A stretch of 64,000 bases of DNA from Balanoglossus misakiensis (Eukaryota; Animalia; Hemichordata), in assembly GCA_040954595.2 (NCBI GenBank), contig CM082579.2, forward strand, positions 13,331,834 to 13,395,833. The letters run 5' to 3'. Positions within the stretch are counted from its first letter, which is position 1. The number at the start of each line of letters is the position of its first letter. A program made the translations under genes and the position numbers. Shown here piece by piece: positions 24,001 through 35,230 of this stretch. The notes beneath the pieces were generated by a model. It was not told where the DNA came from and ran no database searches. It saw only the letters and a list, made by a program, of their open reading frames with translations.

Positions 24001-27000
24001 GCCGATTGGCAGAGTCAGCCATCTTGTCTCTGGCCTCTGCCAATTGGCAGAGTCAGCCATCTTGTCTCTGGCCTCTGCCAATTGGCAGAGTCAGCCATCT
24101 TGTCTCTGGTCTCTGCCCATTGGCAGAGTCAGCCATCTTGTCTCTGGCCTCTGCCAATTGGCAGAGTCAGCCATCTCATCTCTGCCAATTGGCAGAGTCA
24201 GCCATCTCGTCTCTGGCCTCTGCCGATTGGCAGAGTCGGCCATCTCGTCTCTAGCCTCTGCCAATTGGCAGAGTCAGCCATCTCGTCTCTAGCCTCTGCC
24301 AATTGGCAGAGTCAGCCATCTCGTCTCTGGCCTCTGCCAATTGGCAGAGTCAGCCATCTTGTCTCTAGCCTCTGCCAATTGGCAGAGTCAGCCATCTCAT
24401 CTCTGCCAATTGGCAGAGTCAGCCATCTCGTCTCTGGCCTCTGCCGATTGGCAGAGTCAGCCATCTTGTCTCTGGCCTCTGCCAATTGGCAGAGTCAGCC
24501 ATCTTGTCTCTGGCCTCTGCCAATTGGCAGAGTCAGCCATCTTGTCTCTGGTCTCTGCCCATTGGCAGAGTCAGCCATCTTGTCTCTGGCCTCTGCCCAT
24601 TGGCAGAGTCAGCCATCTTGTCTCTGGCCTCTGCCGATTGGCAGAGTCAGCCATCTCGTCTCTGGCCTCTGCCGATTGGCAGAGTCAGCCATCTTGTCTC
24701 TGGCCTCTGCCAATTGGCAGAGTCAGCCATCTTGTCTCTGGCCTCTGCCAATTGGCAGAGTCAGCCATCTCATCTCTGCCAATTGGCAGAGTCAGCCATC
24801 TCGTCTCTGGCCCCTGCCAATTGGCAGAGTCAGCCATCGCCATCTTGTCTCTAGCCTCTGCCAATTGGTACAGTCAGCCATCTTGTCTCTCATCTCTGCC
24901 AATTGGCAGAGTCAGCCATCTCATCTCTGGCCCCTGCCAATTGGCAGAGTTAGCCATCGCCATCTTGTCTCTAGCCTCTGCCAATTGGCAGAGTCAGCCA
25001 TCTCGTCTCTGGCCTCTGCCGATTGGCAGAGTCAGCCATCTCGTCTCTGGCCTCTGCCAATTGGCAGAGTCAGCCATCTTGTCTCTAGCCTCTGCCAATT
25101 GGCAGAGTCAGCCATCTTGTCTCTGGCCTCTGCCAATTGGCAGAGTCAGCCATCTTGTCTCTGGCCTCTGCCAATTGGCAGAGTCAGCCATCTTGTCTCT
25201 GGCCTCTGCCAATTGGCAGAGTCAGCCATCTTGTCTCTAGCCTCTGCCAATTGGCAGAGTCAGCCATCTTGTCTCTGGCCTCTGCCAATTGGCAGAGTCA
25301 GCCATCTTGTCTCTGGCCTCTGCCAATTGGCAGAGTCAGCCATCTTGTCTCTAGCCTCTGCCAATTGGCAGAGTCAGCCATCTCATCTCTGCCAATTGGC
25401 AGAGTCAGCCATCTCGTCTCTGGCCTCTGCCGATTGGCAGAGTCAGCCATCTCGTCTCTGGCCTCTGCCGATTGGCAGAGTCAGCCATCTCATCTCTGGC
25501 CTCTGCCAATTGGCAGAGTCAGCCATCTTGTCTCTGGTCTCTGCCCATTGGCAGAGTCAGCCATCTTGTCTCTGGCCTCTGCCAATTGGCAGAGTCAGCC
25601 ATCTTGTCTCTGGCCTCTGCCGATTGGCAGAGTCAGCCATCTCGTCTCTGGCCTCTGCCGATTGGCAGAGTCAGCCATCTTGTCTCTGGCCTCTGCCAAC
25701 TGGCAGAGTCAGCCATCTCATCTCTGCCAATTGGCAGAGTCAGCCATCTCGTCTCTGGCCTCTGCCGATTGGCAGAGTCAGCCATCTTGTCTCTGGCCTC
25801 TGCCAATTGGCAGAGTCAGCCATCTTGTCTCTAGCCTCTGCCAATTGGCAGAGTCAGCCATCTTGTCTCTAGCCTCTGCCAATTGGAAGAGTCAGCCATC
25901 TCATCTCTGCCAATTGGCAGAGTCAGCCATCTCGTCTCTGGCCTCTGCCGATTGGCAGAGTCAGCCATCTCGTCTCTGGCCCCTGCCAATTGGCAAAGTT
26001 AGCCATCGCCATCTTGTCTCTAGCCTCTGCCAATTGGCAGAGTCAGCCATCTCGTCTCTGGCCTCTGCCAATTGGCAGAGTCAGCCATCTTGTCTCTGGC
26101 CTCTGCCAATTGGCAGAGTCAGCCATCTTGTCTCTAGCCTCTGCCAATTGGCAGAGTCAGCCATCTCATCTCTGCCAATTGGCAGAGTCAGCCATCTCGT
26201 CTCTGGCCTCTGCCGATTGGCAGAGTCAGCCATCTCGTCTCTGGCCTCTGCCGATTGGCAGAGTCAGCAATCTCATCTCTGGCCTCTGCCAATTGGCAGA
26301 GTCAGCCATCTTGTCTCTGGTCTCTGCCCATTGGCAGAGTCAGCCATCTTGTCTCTGGCCTCTGCCAATTGGCAGAGTCAGCCATCTTGTCTCTGGCCTC
26401 TGCCGATTGGCAGAGTCAGCCATCTCGTCTCTGGCCTCTGCCGATTGGCAGAGTCAGCCATCTTGTCTCTGGCCTCTGCCAATTGGCAGAGTCAGCCATC
26501 TCATCTCTGCCAATTGGTAGAGTCAGCCATCTCGTCTCTGGCCTCTGCCGATTGGCAGAGTCAGCCATCTTGTCTCTGGCCTCTGCCGATTGGCAGAGTC
26601 AGCCATCTTGTCTCTGGCCTCTGCCAATTGGCAGAGTCAGCCATCTTGTCTCTGGCCTCTGCCAATTGGCAGAGTCAGCCATCTCATCTCTGCCAATTGG
26701 CAGAGTCAGCCATCTCGTCTCTGGCCCCTGCCGATTGGCAGAGTCAGCCATCTTGTCTCTGGCCTCTGCCAATTGGCAGAGTCAGCCATCTTGTCTCTAG
26801 CCTCTGCCAATTGGCAGAGTCAGCCATCTTGTCTCTGGCCTCTGCCAATTGGCAGAGTCAGCCATCTTGTCTCTGGCCTCTGCCAATTGGCAGAGTCAGC
26901 CATCTTGTCTCTAGCCTCTGCCAATTGGCAGAGTCAGCCATCTCATCTCTGCCAATTGGCAGAGTCAGCCATCTCGTCTCTGGCCTCTGCCGATTGGCAG

Positions 27001-30000
27001 AGTCAGCCATCTCGTCTCTGGCCTCTGCCGATTGGCAGAGTCAGCAATCTTATCTCTGGCCTCTGCCAATTGGCAGAGTCAGCCATCTTGTCTCTGGTCT
27101 CTGCCCATTGGCAGAGTCAGCCATCTTGTCTCTGGCCTCTGCCAATTGGCAGAGTCAGCCATCTTGTCTCTGGCCTCTGCCGATTGGCAGAGTCAGCCAT
27201 CTCGTCTCTGGCCTCTGCCGATTGGCAGAGTCAGCCATCTTGTCTCTGGCCTCTGCCAATTGGCAGAGTCAGCCATCTCATCTCTGCCAATTGGCAGAGT
27301 CAGCCATCTCGTCTCTGGCCTCTGACGATTGGCAGAGTCAGCCATCTTGTCTCTGGCCTCTGCCAATTGGCAGAGTCAGCCATCTTGTCTCTAGCCTCTG
27401 CCAATTGGCAGAGTCAGCCATCTTGTCTCTAGCCTCTGCCAATTGGCAGAGTCAGCCATCTCATCTCTGCCAATTGGCAGAGTCAGCCATCTCGTCTCTG
27501 GCCTCTGCCGATTGGCAGAGTCAGCCATCTCGTCTCTGGCCCCTGCCAATTGGCAGAGTTAGCCATCGCCATCTTGTCTCTAGCCTCTGCCAATTGGCAG
27601 AGTCAGCCATCTCGTCTCTGGCCTCTGCCGATTGGCAGAGTCAGCCATCTTGTCTCTGGCCTCTGCCAATTGGCAGAGTCAGCCATCTTGTCTCTAGCCT
27701 CTGCCAATTGGCAGAGTCAGCCATCTTGTCTCTGGCCTCTGCCAATTGGCAGAGTCAGCCATCTTGTCTCTGGCCTCTGCCAATTGGCAGAGTCAGCCAT
27801 CTCGTCTCTGGCCTCTGCCGATTGGCAGAGTCAGCCATCTCGTCTCTGGCCCCTGCCAATTGGCAGAGTTAGCCATCGCCATCTTGTCTCTAGCCTCTGC
27901 CAATTGGCAGAGTCAGCCATCTCGTCTCTGGCCTCTGCCGATTGGCAGAGTCAGCCATCTTGTCTCTGGCCTCTGCCAATTGGCAGAGTCAGCCATCTTG
28001 TCTCTAGCCTCTGCCAATTGGCAGAGTCAGCCATCTTGTCTCTGGCCTCTGCCAATTGGCAGAGTCAGCCATCTTGTCTCTGGCCTCTGCCAATTGGCAG
28101 AGTCAGCCATCTTGTCTCTAGCCTCTGCCAATTGGCAGAGTCAGCAATCTCATCTCTGCCAATTGGCAGAGTCAGCCATCTCGTCTCTGGCCTCTGCCAA
28201 TTGGCAGAGTCAGCCATCTTGTCTCTAGCCTCTGCCAATTGGCAGAGTCAGCCATCTTGTCTCTAGCCTCTGCCAATTGGCAGAGTCAGCCATCTCATCT
28301 CTGCCAATTGGCAGAGTCAGCCATCTCGTCTCTGGCCTCTGCCGATTGGCAGAGTCAGCCATCTCGTCTCTGGCCCCTGCCAATTGGCAGAGTTAGCCAT
28401 CGCCATCTTGTCTCTAGCCTCTGCCAATTGGCAGAGTCAGCCATCTCGTCTCTGGCCTCTGCCGATTGGCAGAGTCAGCCATCTTGTCTCTGGCCTCTGC
28501 CAATTGGCAGAGTCAGCCATCTTGTCTCTAGCCTCTGCCAATTGGCAGAGTCAGCCATCTTGTCTCTGGCCTCTGCCAATTGGCAGAGTCAGCCATCTTG
28601 TCTCTAGCCTCTGCCAATTGGCAGAGTCAGCCATCTCATCTCTGCCAATTGGCAGAGTCAGCCATCTCGTCTCTGGCCTCTGCCGATTGGCAGAGTCAGC
28701 CATCTCGTCTCTGGCCCCTGCCAATTGGCAGAGTTAGCCATCGCCATCTTGTCTCTAGCCTCTGCCAATTGGCAGAGTCAGCCATCTCGTCTCTGGCCTC
28801 TGCCGATTGGCAGAGTTAGCCATCTTGTCTCTGGCCTCTGCCAATTGGCAGAGTCAGCCATCTTGTCTCTAGCCTCTGCCAATTGGCAGAGTCAGCCATC
28901 TTGTCTCTGGCCTCTGCCAATTGGCAGAGTCAGCCATCTTGTCTCTGGCCTCTGCCGATTGGCAGAGTCAGCCATCTTGTCACTAGCCTCTGCCAATTGG
29001 CAGAGTCAGCCTTCTCATCTCTGCCAATTGGCAGAGTCAGCCATCTCGTCTCTGGCCTCTGCCGATTGGCAGAGTCAGCCATCTTGTCTCTGGCCTCTGC
29101 CGATTGGCAGAGTCAGCCATCTTGTCTCTGGCCTCTGCCAATTGGCAGAGTCAGCCATCTTGTCTCTGGCCTCTGCCAATTGGCAGAGTCAGCCATCTCA
29201 TCTCTGCCAATTGGCAGAGTCAGCCATCTCGTCTCTGGCCCCTGCCAATTGGCAGAGTTAGCCATCGCCATCTTGTCTCTAGCCTCTGCCAATTGGCAGA
29301 GTCAGCCATCTCGTCTCTGGCCTCTGCCGATTGGCAGAGTCAGCCATCTTGTCTCTGGCCTCTGCCAATTGGCAGAGTCAGCCATCTTGTCTCTAGCCTC
29401 TGCCAATTGGCAGAGTCAGCCATCTTGTCTCTGGCCTCTGCCAATTGGCAGAGTCAGCCATCTTGTCTCTGGCCTCTGCCAATTGGCAGAGTCAGCCATC
29501 TTGTCTCTAGCCTCTGCCAATTGGCAGAGTCAGCCATCTCATCTCTGCCAATTGGCAGAGTCAGCCATCTCGTCTCTGGCCTCTGCCGATTGGCAGAGTC
29601 AGCCATCTCGTCTCTGGCCTCTGCCGATTGGCAGAGTCAGCCATCTCATCTCTGGCCTCTGCCAATTGGCAGAGTCAGCCATCTTGTCTCTGGTCTCTGC
29701 CCATTGGCAGAGTCAGCCATCTTGTCTCTGGCCTCTGCCAATTGGCAGAGTCAGCCATCATGTCTCTGGCCTCTGCCGATTGGCAGAGTCAGCCATCTCG
29801 TCTCTGGCCTCTGCCGATTGGCAGAGTCAGCCATCTTGTCTCTGGCCTCTGCCAATTGGCAGAGTCAGCCATCTCATCTCTGCCAATTGGCAGAGTCAGC
29901 CATCTCGTCTCTGGCCTCTGACGATTGGCAGAGTCAGCCATCTTGTCTCTGGCCTCTGCCAATTGGCAGAGTCAGCCATCTTGTCTCTAGCCTCTGCCAA

Positions 30001-32283
30001 TTGGCAGAGTCAGCCATCTTGTCTCTAGCCTCTGCCAATTGGCAGAGTCAGCCATCTCATCTCTGCCAATTGGCAGAGTCAGCCATCTCGTCTCTGGCCT
30101 CTGCCGATTGGCAGAGTCAGCCATCTCGTCTCTGGCCCCTGCCAATTGGCAGAGTTAGCCATCGCCATCTTGTCTCTAGCCTCTGCCAATTGGCAGAGTC
30201 AGCCATCTCGTCTCTGGCCTCTGCCGATTGGCAGAGTCAGCCATCTTGTCTCTGGCCTCTGCCAATTGGCAGAGTCAGCCATCTTGTCTCTAGCCTCTGC
30301 CAATTGGCAGAGTCAGCCATCTCATCTCTGCCAATTGGCAGAGTCAGCCATCTCGTCTCTGGCCTCTGCCGATTGGAAGAGTCAGCTATCTCGTCTCTGG
30401 CCTCTGCCGATTGGCAGAGTCAGCCATCTCGTCTCTGGCCCCTGCCAATTGGCAGAGTTAGCCATCGCCATCTTGTCTCTAGCCTCTGCCAATTGGCAGA
30501 GTCAGCCATCTCGTCTCTGGCCTCTGCCGATTGGCAGAGTCAGCCATCCTGTCTCTGGCCTCTAGCCTCTGCCAATTGGCAGAGTCAGCCATCTTGTCTC
30601 TGGCCTCTGCCAATTGGCAGAGTCAGCCATCTTGTCTCTGGCCTCTGCCAATTGGCAGAGTCAGCCATCTTGTCTCTAGCCTCTGCCAATTGGCAGAGTC
30701 AGCCATCTCATCTCTGCCAATTGGCAGAGTCAGCCATCTCGTCTCTGGCCTATGCCGATTGGCAGAGTCAGCCATCTTGTCTCTGGCCTCTGCCGATTGG
30801 CGGAGTCAGCCATCTCGTCTCTGGCCTCTGCCAATTGGCAGAGTCAGCCATCTTGTCTCTGGTCTCTGCCCATTGGCAGAGTCAGCCATCTTGTCTCTGG
30901 CCTCTGCCGATTGGCAGAGTCAGCCATCTTGTCTCTGGCCTCTGCCGATTGGCAGAGTCAGCCATCTCGTCTCTGGCCTCTGCAGATTGGCAGAGTCAGC
31001 CATCTTGCCTCTGGCCTCTGCCAATTGGCAGAGTCAGCCATCTCATCTCTGCCAATTGGCAGAGTCAGCCATCTCGTCTCTGGCCTCTGCCGATTGGCAG
31101 AGTCAGCCATCTCATCTCTGGCCTCTGCCGATTGGCAGAGTCAGCCATCTCGTCTCTGGCCTCTGCCGATTGGCAGAGTCAGCCATCTTGTCTCTGGCCT
31201 CTGCCGATTGGCAGAGTCAGCCATCTCGTCTCTGGCCTCTGCCGATTGGCAGAGTCAGCCATCTCGTCTCTGGCCTCTGCCGATTGGCAGAGTCAGCCAT
31301 CTCGTCTCTGGCCTCTGCCGATTGGCAGAGTCAGCCATCTTGTCTCTAGCCTCTGCCAATTGGCAGAGTCAGCCATCTCATCTCTGCCAATTGGCAGAGT
31401 CAGCCATCTCGTCTCTGGCCTCTGCCGATTGGCAGAGTCAGCCATCTTGTCTCTGGCCTCTGCCGATTGGCAGAGTCAGCCATCTTGTCTCTGGCCTCTG
31501 CCAATTGGCAGAGTCAGCCATCTTGTCTCTGGCCTCTGCCAATTGGCAGAGTCAGCCATCTCATCTCTGCCAATTGGCAGAGTCAGCCATCTCGTCTCTG
31601 GCCCCTGCCAATTGGCAGAGTTAGCCATCGCCATCTTGTCTCTAGCCTCTGCCAATTGGCAGAGTCAGCCATCTCGTCTCTGCCAATTGGCAGAGTCAGC
31701 CATCTCGTCTCTGGCCTCTGCCGATTGGCAGAGTCAGCCATCTCATCTCTGGCCTCTGCCGATTGGCAGAGTCAGCCATCTTGCCTCTGGCCTCTGCCAA
31801 TTGGCAGAGTCAGCCATCTCATCTCTGCCAATTGGCAGAGTCAGCCATCTCGTCTCTGGCCTCTGCCGATTGGCAGAGTCAGCCATCTCGTCTCTGGCCT
31901 CTGCCGATTGGCAGATTCAGCCATCTTGTCTCTGGCCTCTGGCCTCTGCCAATTGGCAGAGTCAGCCACCTTGTCTCTAGCCTCTGCCAATTGGCAGAGT
32001 CAGCCATCTTGTCTCTGGCCTCTGCCAATTGGCAGAGTCAGCCATCTTGTCTCTGGCCTCTGCCAATTGGCAGAGTCAGCCATCTTGTCTCTAGCCTCTG
32101 CCAATTGGCAGAGTTAGCCATCTTGTCTCTAGCCTCTGCCAATTGGCAGAGTCAGCCATCTCGTCTCTGGCCTCTGCCGATTGGAAGAGTCAGCCATCTC
32201 GTCTCTGGCCTCTGCCGATTGGCAGAGTCAGCCATCTTGTCTCTAGCCTCTGCCAATTGGCAGAGTCAGCCATCTTGTCTCTG
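1..32283. repeat. Satellite array; 38-bp consensus GCCATCTYGTCTCTRGCCTCTGCCRATTGGCAGAGTCA with 31-, 37- and 44-bp variants; roughly 850 units in the window; continues past the left edge
   Basis: Uninterrupted head-to-tail units, each with CTCTGCCAATTGGCAGAG (perfect 18-bp palindrome) or its CCGATTGG variant. The 31-bp unit is GCCATCTCATCTCTGCCAATTGGCAGAGTCA, and the 44-bp unit duplicates GCCATC. Copy number is estimated as length divided by 38. Confidence 0.99.
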
Positions 32284-33165
32284 TCTGTCTGTCTATTTAG
32301 CAATCTTTTTTCCAGTCTTTTTGACAATTTTCTAGTAAGCCTTGATATTTTGAATGGTTTTGTTGTTAAATGATTGAAAATTATGTTCCCATAAAAAGAC
32401 TTGGACTAAAATAGTCAGTTTTTACAAAGTTTTATATTAATTAAACTGTTTTGACAAGTGCTGTACATATCAGACAAAATTGTTTGTTAATCTTTCAAAT
32501 GTTAAATTTTATCAAAAGCCAAATTTAAAATGGTAAAAACATGCTTCTTGAGGGTCTTTTTTCAGGTCATACACACAATAAGAAAACTGCATTTTGATGC
32601 ATAGATGCTGTTTTTTTAAATATATATTTGATGAACAGAGAATATCATTTGTAAAAAATTGGCCATTATCAAGTGAAACTATGTATTACTATATGTTACT
32701 TTTGGAAGCTTGTGCAAATTTTTTTTATGATTTTGTGTTCTATGGAAAATGGAGTTTTATTGTTGATGTTTTTGGTTATACAGTTATCTTATTGATAGCT
32801 AGTTCGATTTAAGTACCAAGACCATTCTCAGTATAAAAAGTAGAATACATTTTCCGAGAGAATAGCTAGATATAAAGCTGTGAAATCATGGTCGAATGAG
32901 GGGGTTTAATATTTAGTGAGTTATCAGTTTTTAATATGCATGTGGAATTCAAGATTTGGTATAGAGATATCAAAGAAACGGAGGTAAATTTGAAATGACA
33001 CTAACAGCACTAACAGGGCATAATTGACAAAGTGCTTTTTAATGTTTAATAGCTTTTAAAAGCCCATTTGAACTTTATCTTTTGTATTGTTTTGTGCTTG
33101 ACATGACTTCATAATTGAGTACAGAGATCTAATAGTAATCACTAGTGATTGTTGTAATAATTTTT

Positions 33166-33800
33166 TTACACTGCTAGCCATATTGGTTTGTGGTCACTGT
33201 AGTATGATTCAAGTACACCAACTCGTGTTGACTGAATATTCGTATAAATATGATCAAGGCAAGATCCATAGTTTGTTGTTGGTTCTTGAATAAGTTGTTT
33301 GTACTTGAGTTGGTTTGTCATAAATTCCATTAATTGCTTTGCTGCAGATGTTTGTTGTAACAATCAACATTGAAATCACCAAGTAGCACTGTTGGTAGAT
33401 TTTCATGCAGTTGTTCGCTAAGGTTTAGAAGAGCACTTTGTAAGGTGTCTATTGATGTTGAAGGAGGAATGTAAATAGCAACTACTTGAAGTAAGCCAAG
33501 TGTTGTTTTGTATACTGCTGTGACAAATTCACAGTGAAAGTAATGGTGTGAATGTGGAAGAGACTCCAGGGTGTTAGCTTTGCTGTACAATACTAGCCCA
33601 TGATATGGTCTTCTTTGTTGATTACTGTTGTCATCATGTCTGGAAATTTCAAAATCTGGAATTCTGTAATCATCATTCTGATCAGCACTTTGTAATCTTG
33701 ATTCACTGCAAATAAGTACATCAGCTGATGTCAAATTGAAATCATTCACAACATCTTGGAAATGGCAATGGAGAGATCTTACATTTTGATAAGCAATAAT
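33166..33800 (-). pseudogene. Helentron C-terminal AP-like (EEP) endonuclease domain, frameshifted near 33345
   Basis: Motifs YQNVRSL, ICSESRL, VVAIYIPP and LGDFNVD in ORF 33330..34262; LDHIYTN and SDHKPI in ORF 33166..33363. Confidence 0.9.
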
Positions 33801-33899
33801 AAATTTGTTTGGTATATCATAGGGAAAAGTCAAACAAAGTTGTAACATGGAATGAGATCGCATGCGTTGCATTTCTTGTGTGACATCAGTGCTGACAGA

Positions 33900-35230
33900 T
33901 ATTTGATTTTCGTGTAATGTGGTTATGTGAAGACCAGCCAGTTTTGTGACCCTGCTAAGCGCAACATAGTGTATATGACACTGGTTTCTGTTTGAAGCAG
34001 TGCTAAAATCAACAACCACATCATTCAGAGTATCACCTTGGCAACGGTGGACAGTTTTTCCACTGGCTAGTCTAATGGGAAATTGTTTTCTAACAACTTC
34101 AGCATTCCTGTGTCTTCCTACTCTGAACTGCCGTGATATCTGTGCAATGGGTGTCCATGATTTGGTTATTTTTCTGTGGTATAAATGACGTTTTTCTTGT
34201 CGTAGTGCCTTGCCAACAGCGCTATCATCAAATAAAATCCATAGAATTGTGACATCATCCAAGTCGTTGATTTATTCCAACAGATAATTGAGATACTAAT
34301 CCCATTGTCTTTTGAGGGCCTAACATTGTAACTATGGCTAACGTTTTTTGTTTCACTGTTTCAGAGACATCCCCAATTACAGTATCAGTAGCAAATACAT
34401 TTGTTTTAGTTTCTGTGAGTCTATCATACACTGACCTATTATGATCATCAACAAGTTTGTTCTCACAATACAGATGAACTATTGAATCATCATAAGGTGG
34501 ACTTACATTATTGCTTTGTACTATCCGAGTTTTGAGAATACTTATGTCATCTGATGTGTGTTTTCCTTCCCGTACACGATTCAGTAATTCTGCAAAATTC
34601 AAGTAATCTTTTTGGCGCATAATATCTGTTAGTTCAAACATTTGGAAAAGTTATTTCCATATATTCAAAGCAAGTGGTCCATAATCATGCCTAAGGTCAT
34701 GAAATATCCAGCCATCAAAGACAGGCTTTAATTGATATAGGTCTCCAAATGCAACTATACTGACACCACCAAAGAGTTGATTATTTGCCATGATTTGTTT
34801 CAGTCTAAGGTTGATGTAGTTGAACATACCATTGCCAACCATGGAGATTTCATCAATGAAAATGACTTTCAGATTTCTATATTTTTCTTGCAAAGTATTT
34901 AGTCTTTCTGATGTTAATGGTCTATAGTGAAATCCTTGACTTGCAGAATTTGTAGTGCTGAGTGAATTGTACTTCCCTTAATATTGTATGCCGCCTTGCC
35001 TGTTGGTGCCATGAGTAAAATGAATACATTGTCAGGATTTTGACCGGGAAGACTTGAAAGATGTTTCAATAGTACTTGATAGAGTGATTTCAGAACAAGA
35101 GATTTACCAACACCTGCTCCGCCTGTTACAAATACATGCAAAGGATCTGTTGTTTGTTTTAATCCAATGAATTACATGATAGAATATTTCTTTTTGCTTC
35201 TTGTTAAGAGTCTGTAAAAGGGGGTAAAGT
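33900..35230 (-). pseudogene. Helentron PIF1-family (SF1B) helicase, broken by several frameshifts and a stop
   Basis: Motifs GGAGVGKS (Walker A), MAPTGKAA, TIHSAL, IDEISMV (Walker B), FGGVSIVAFGDLYQLKPV, ELTDIMRQKD, QFPIRLASGKTVHRCQGDTL and YVALSRV are spread over ORFs 34914..35141, 34651..34893, 34255..34641 and 33330..34262. Confidence 0.95.

Noticed and set aside
1-32283. CRISPR array (palindromic repeat of CRISPR-like size)
   Set aside because: There are no unique spacers and no cas genes, and the context is eukaryotic.
1-32373. Dozens of long ORFs (up to 958 aa) in the satellite
   Set aside because: They are artefacts of a stop-poor 38-bp unit cycling through all three frames. Indels are not frame-preserving and most starts are TTG.
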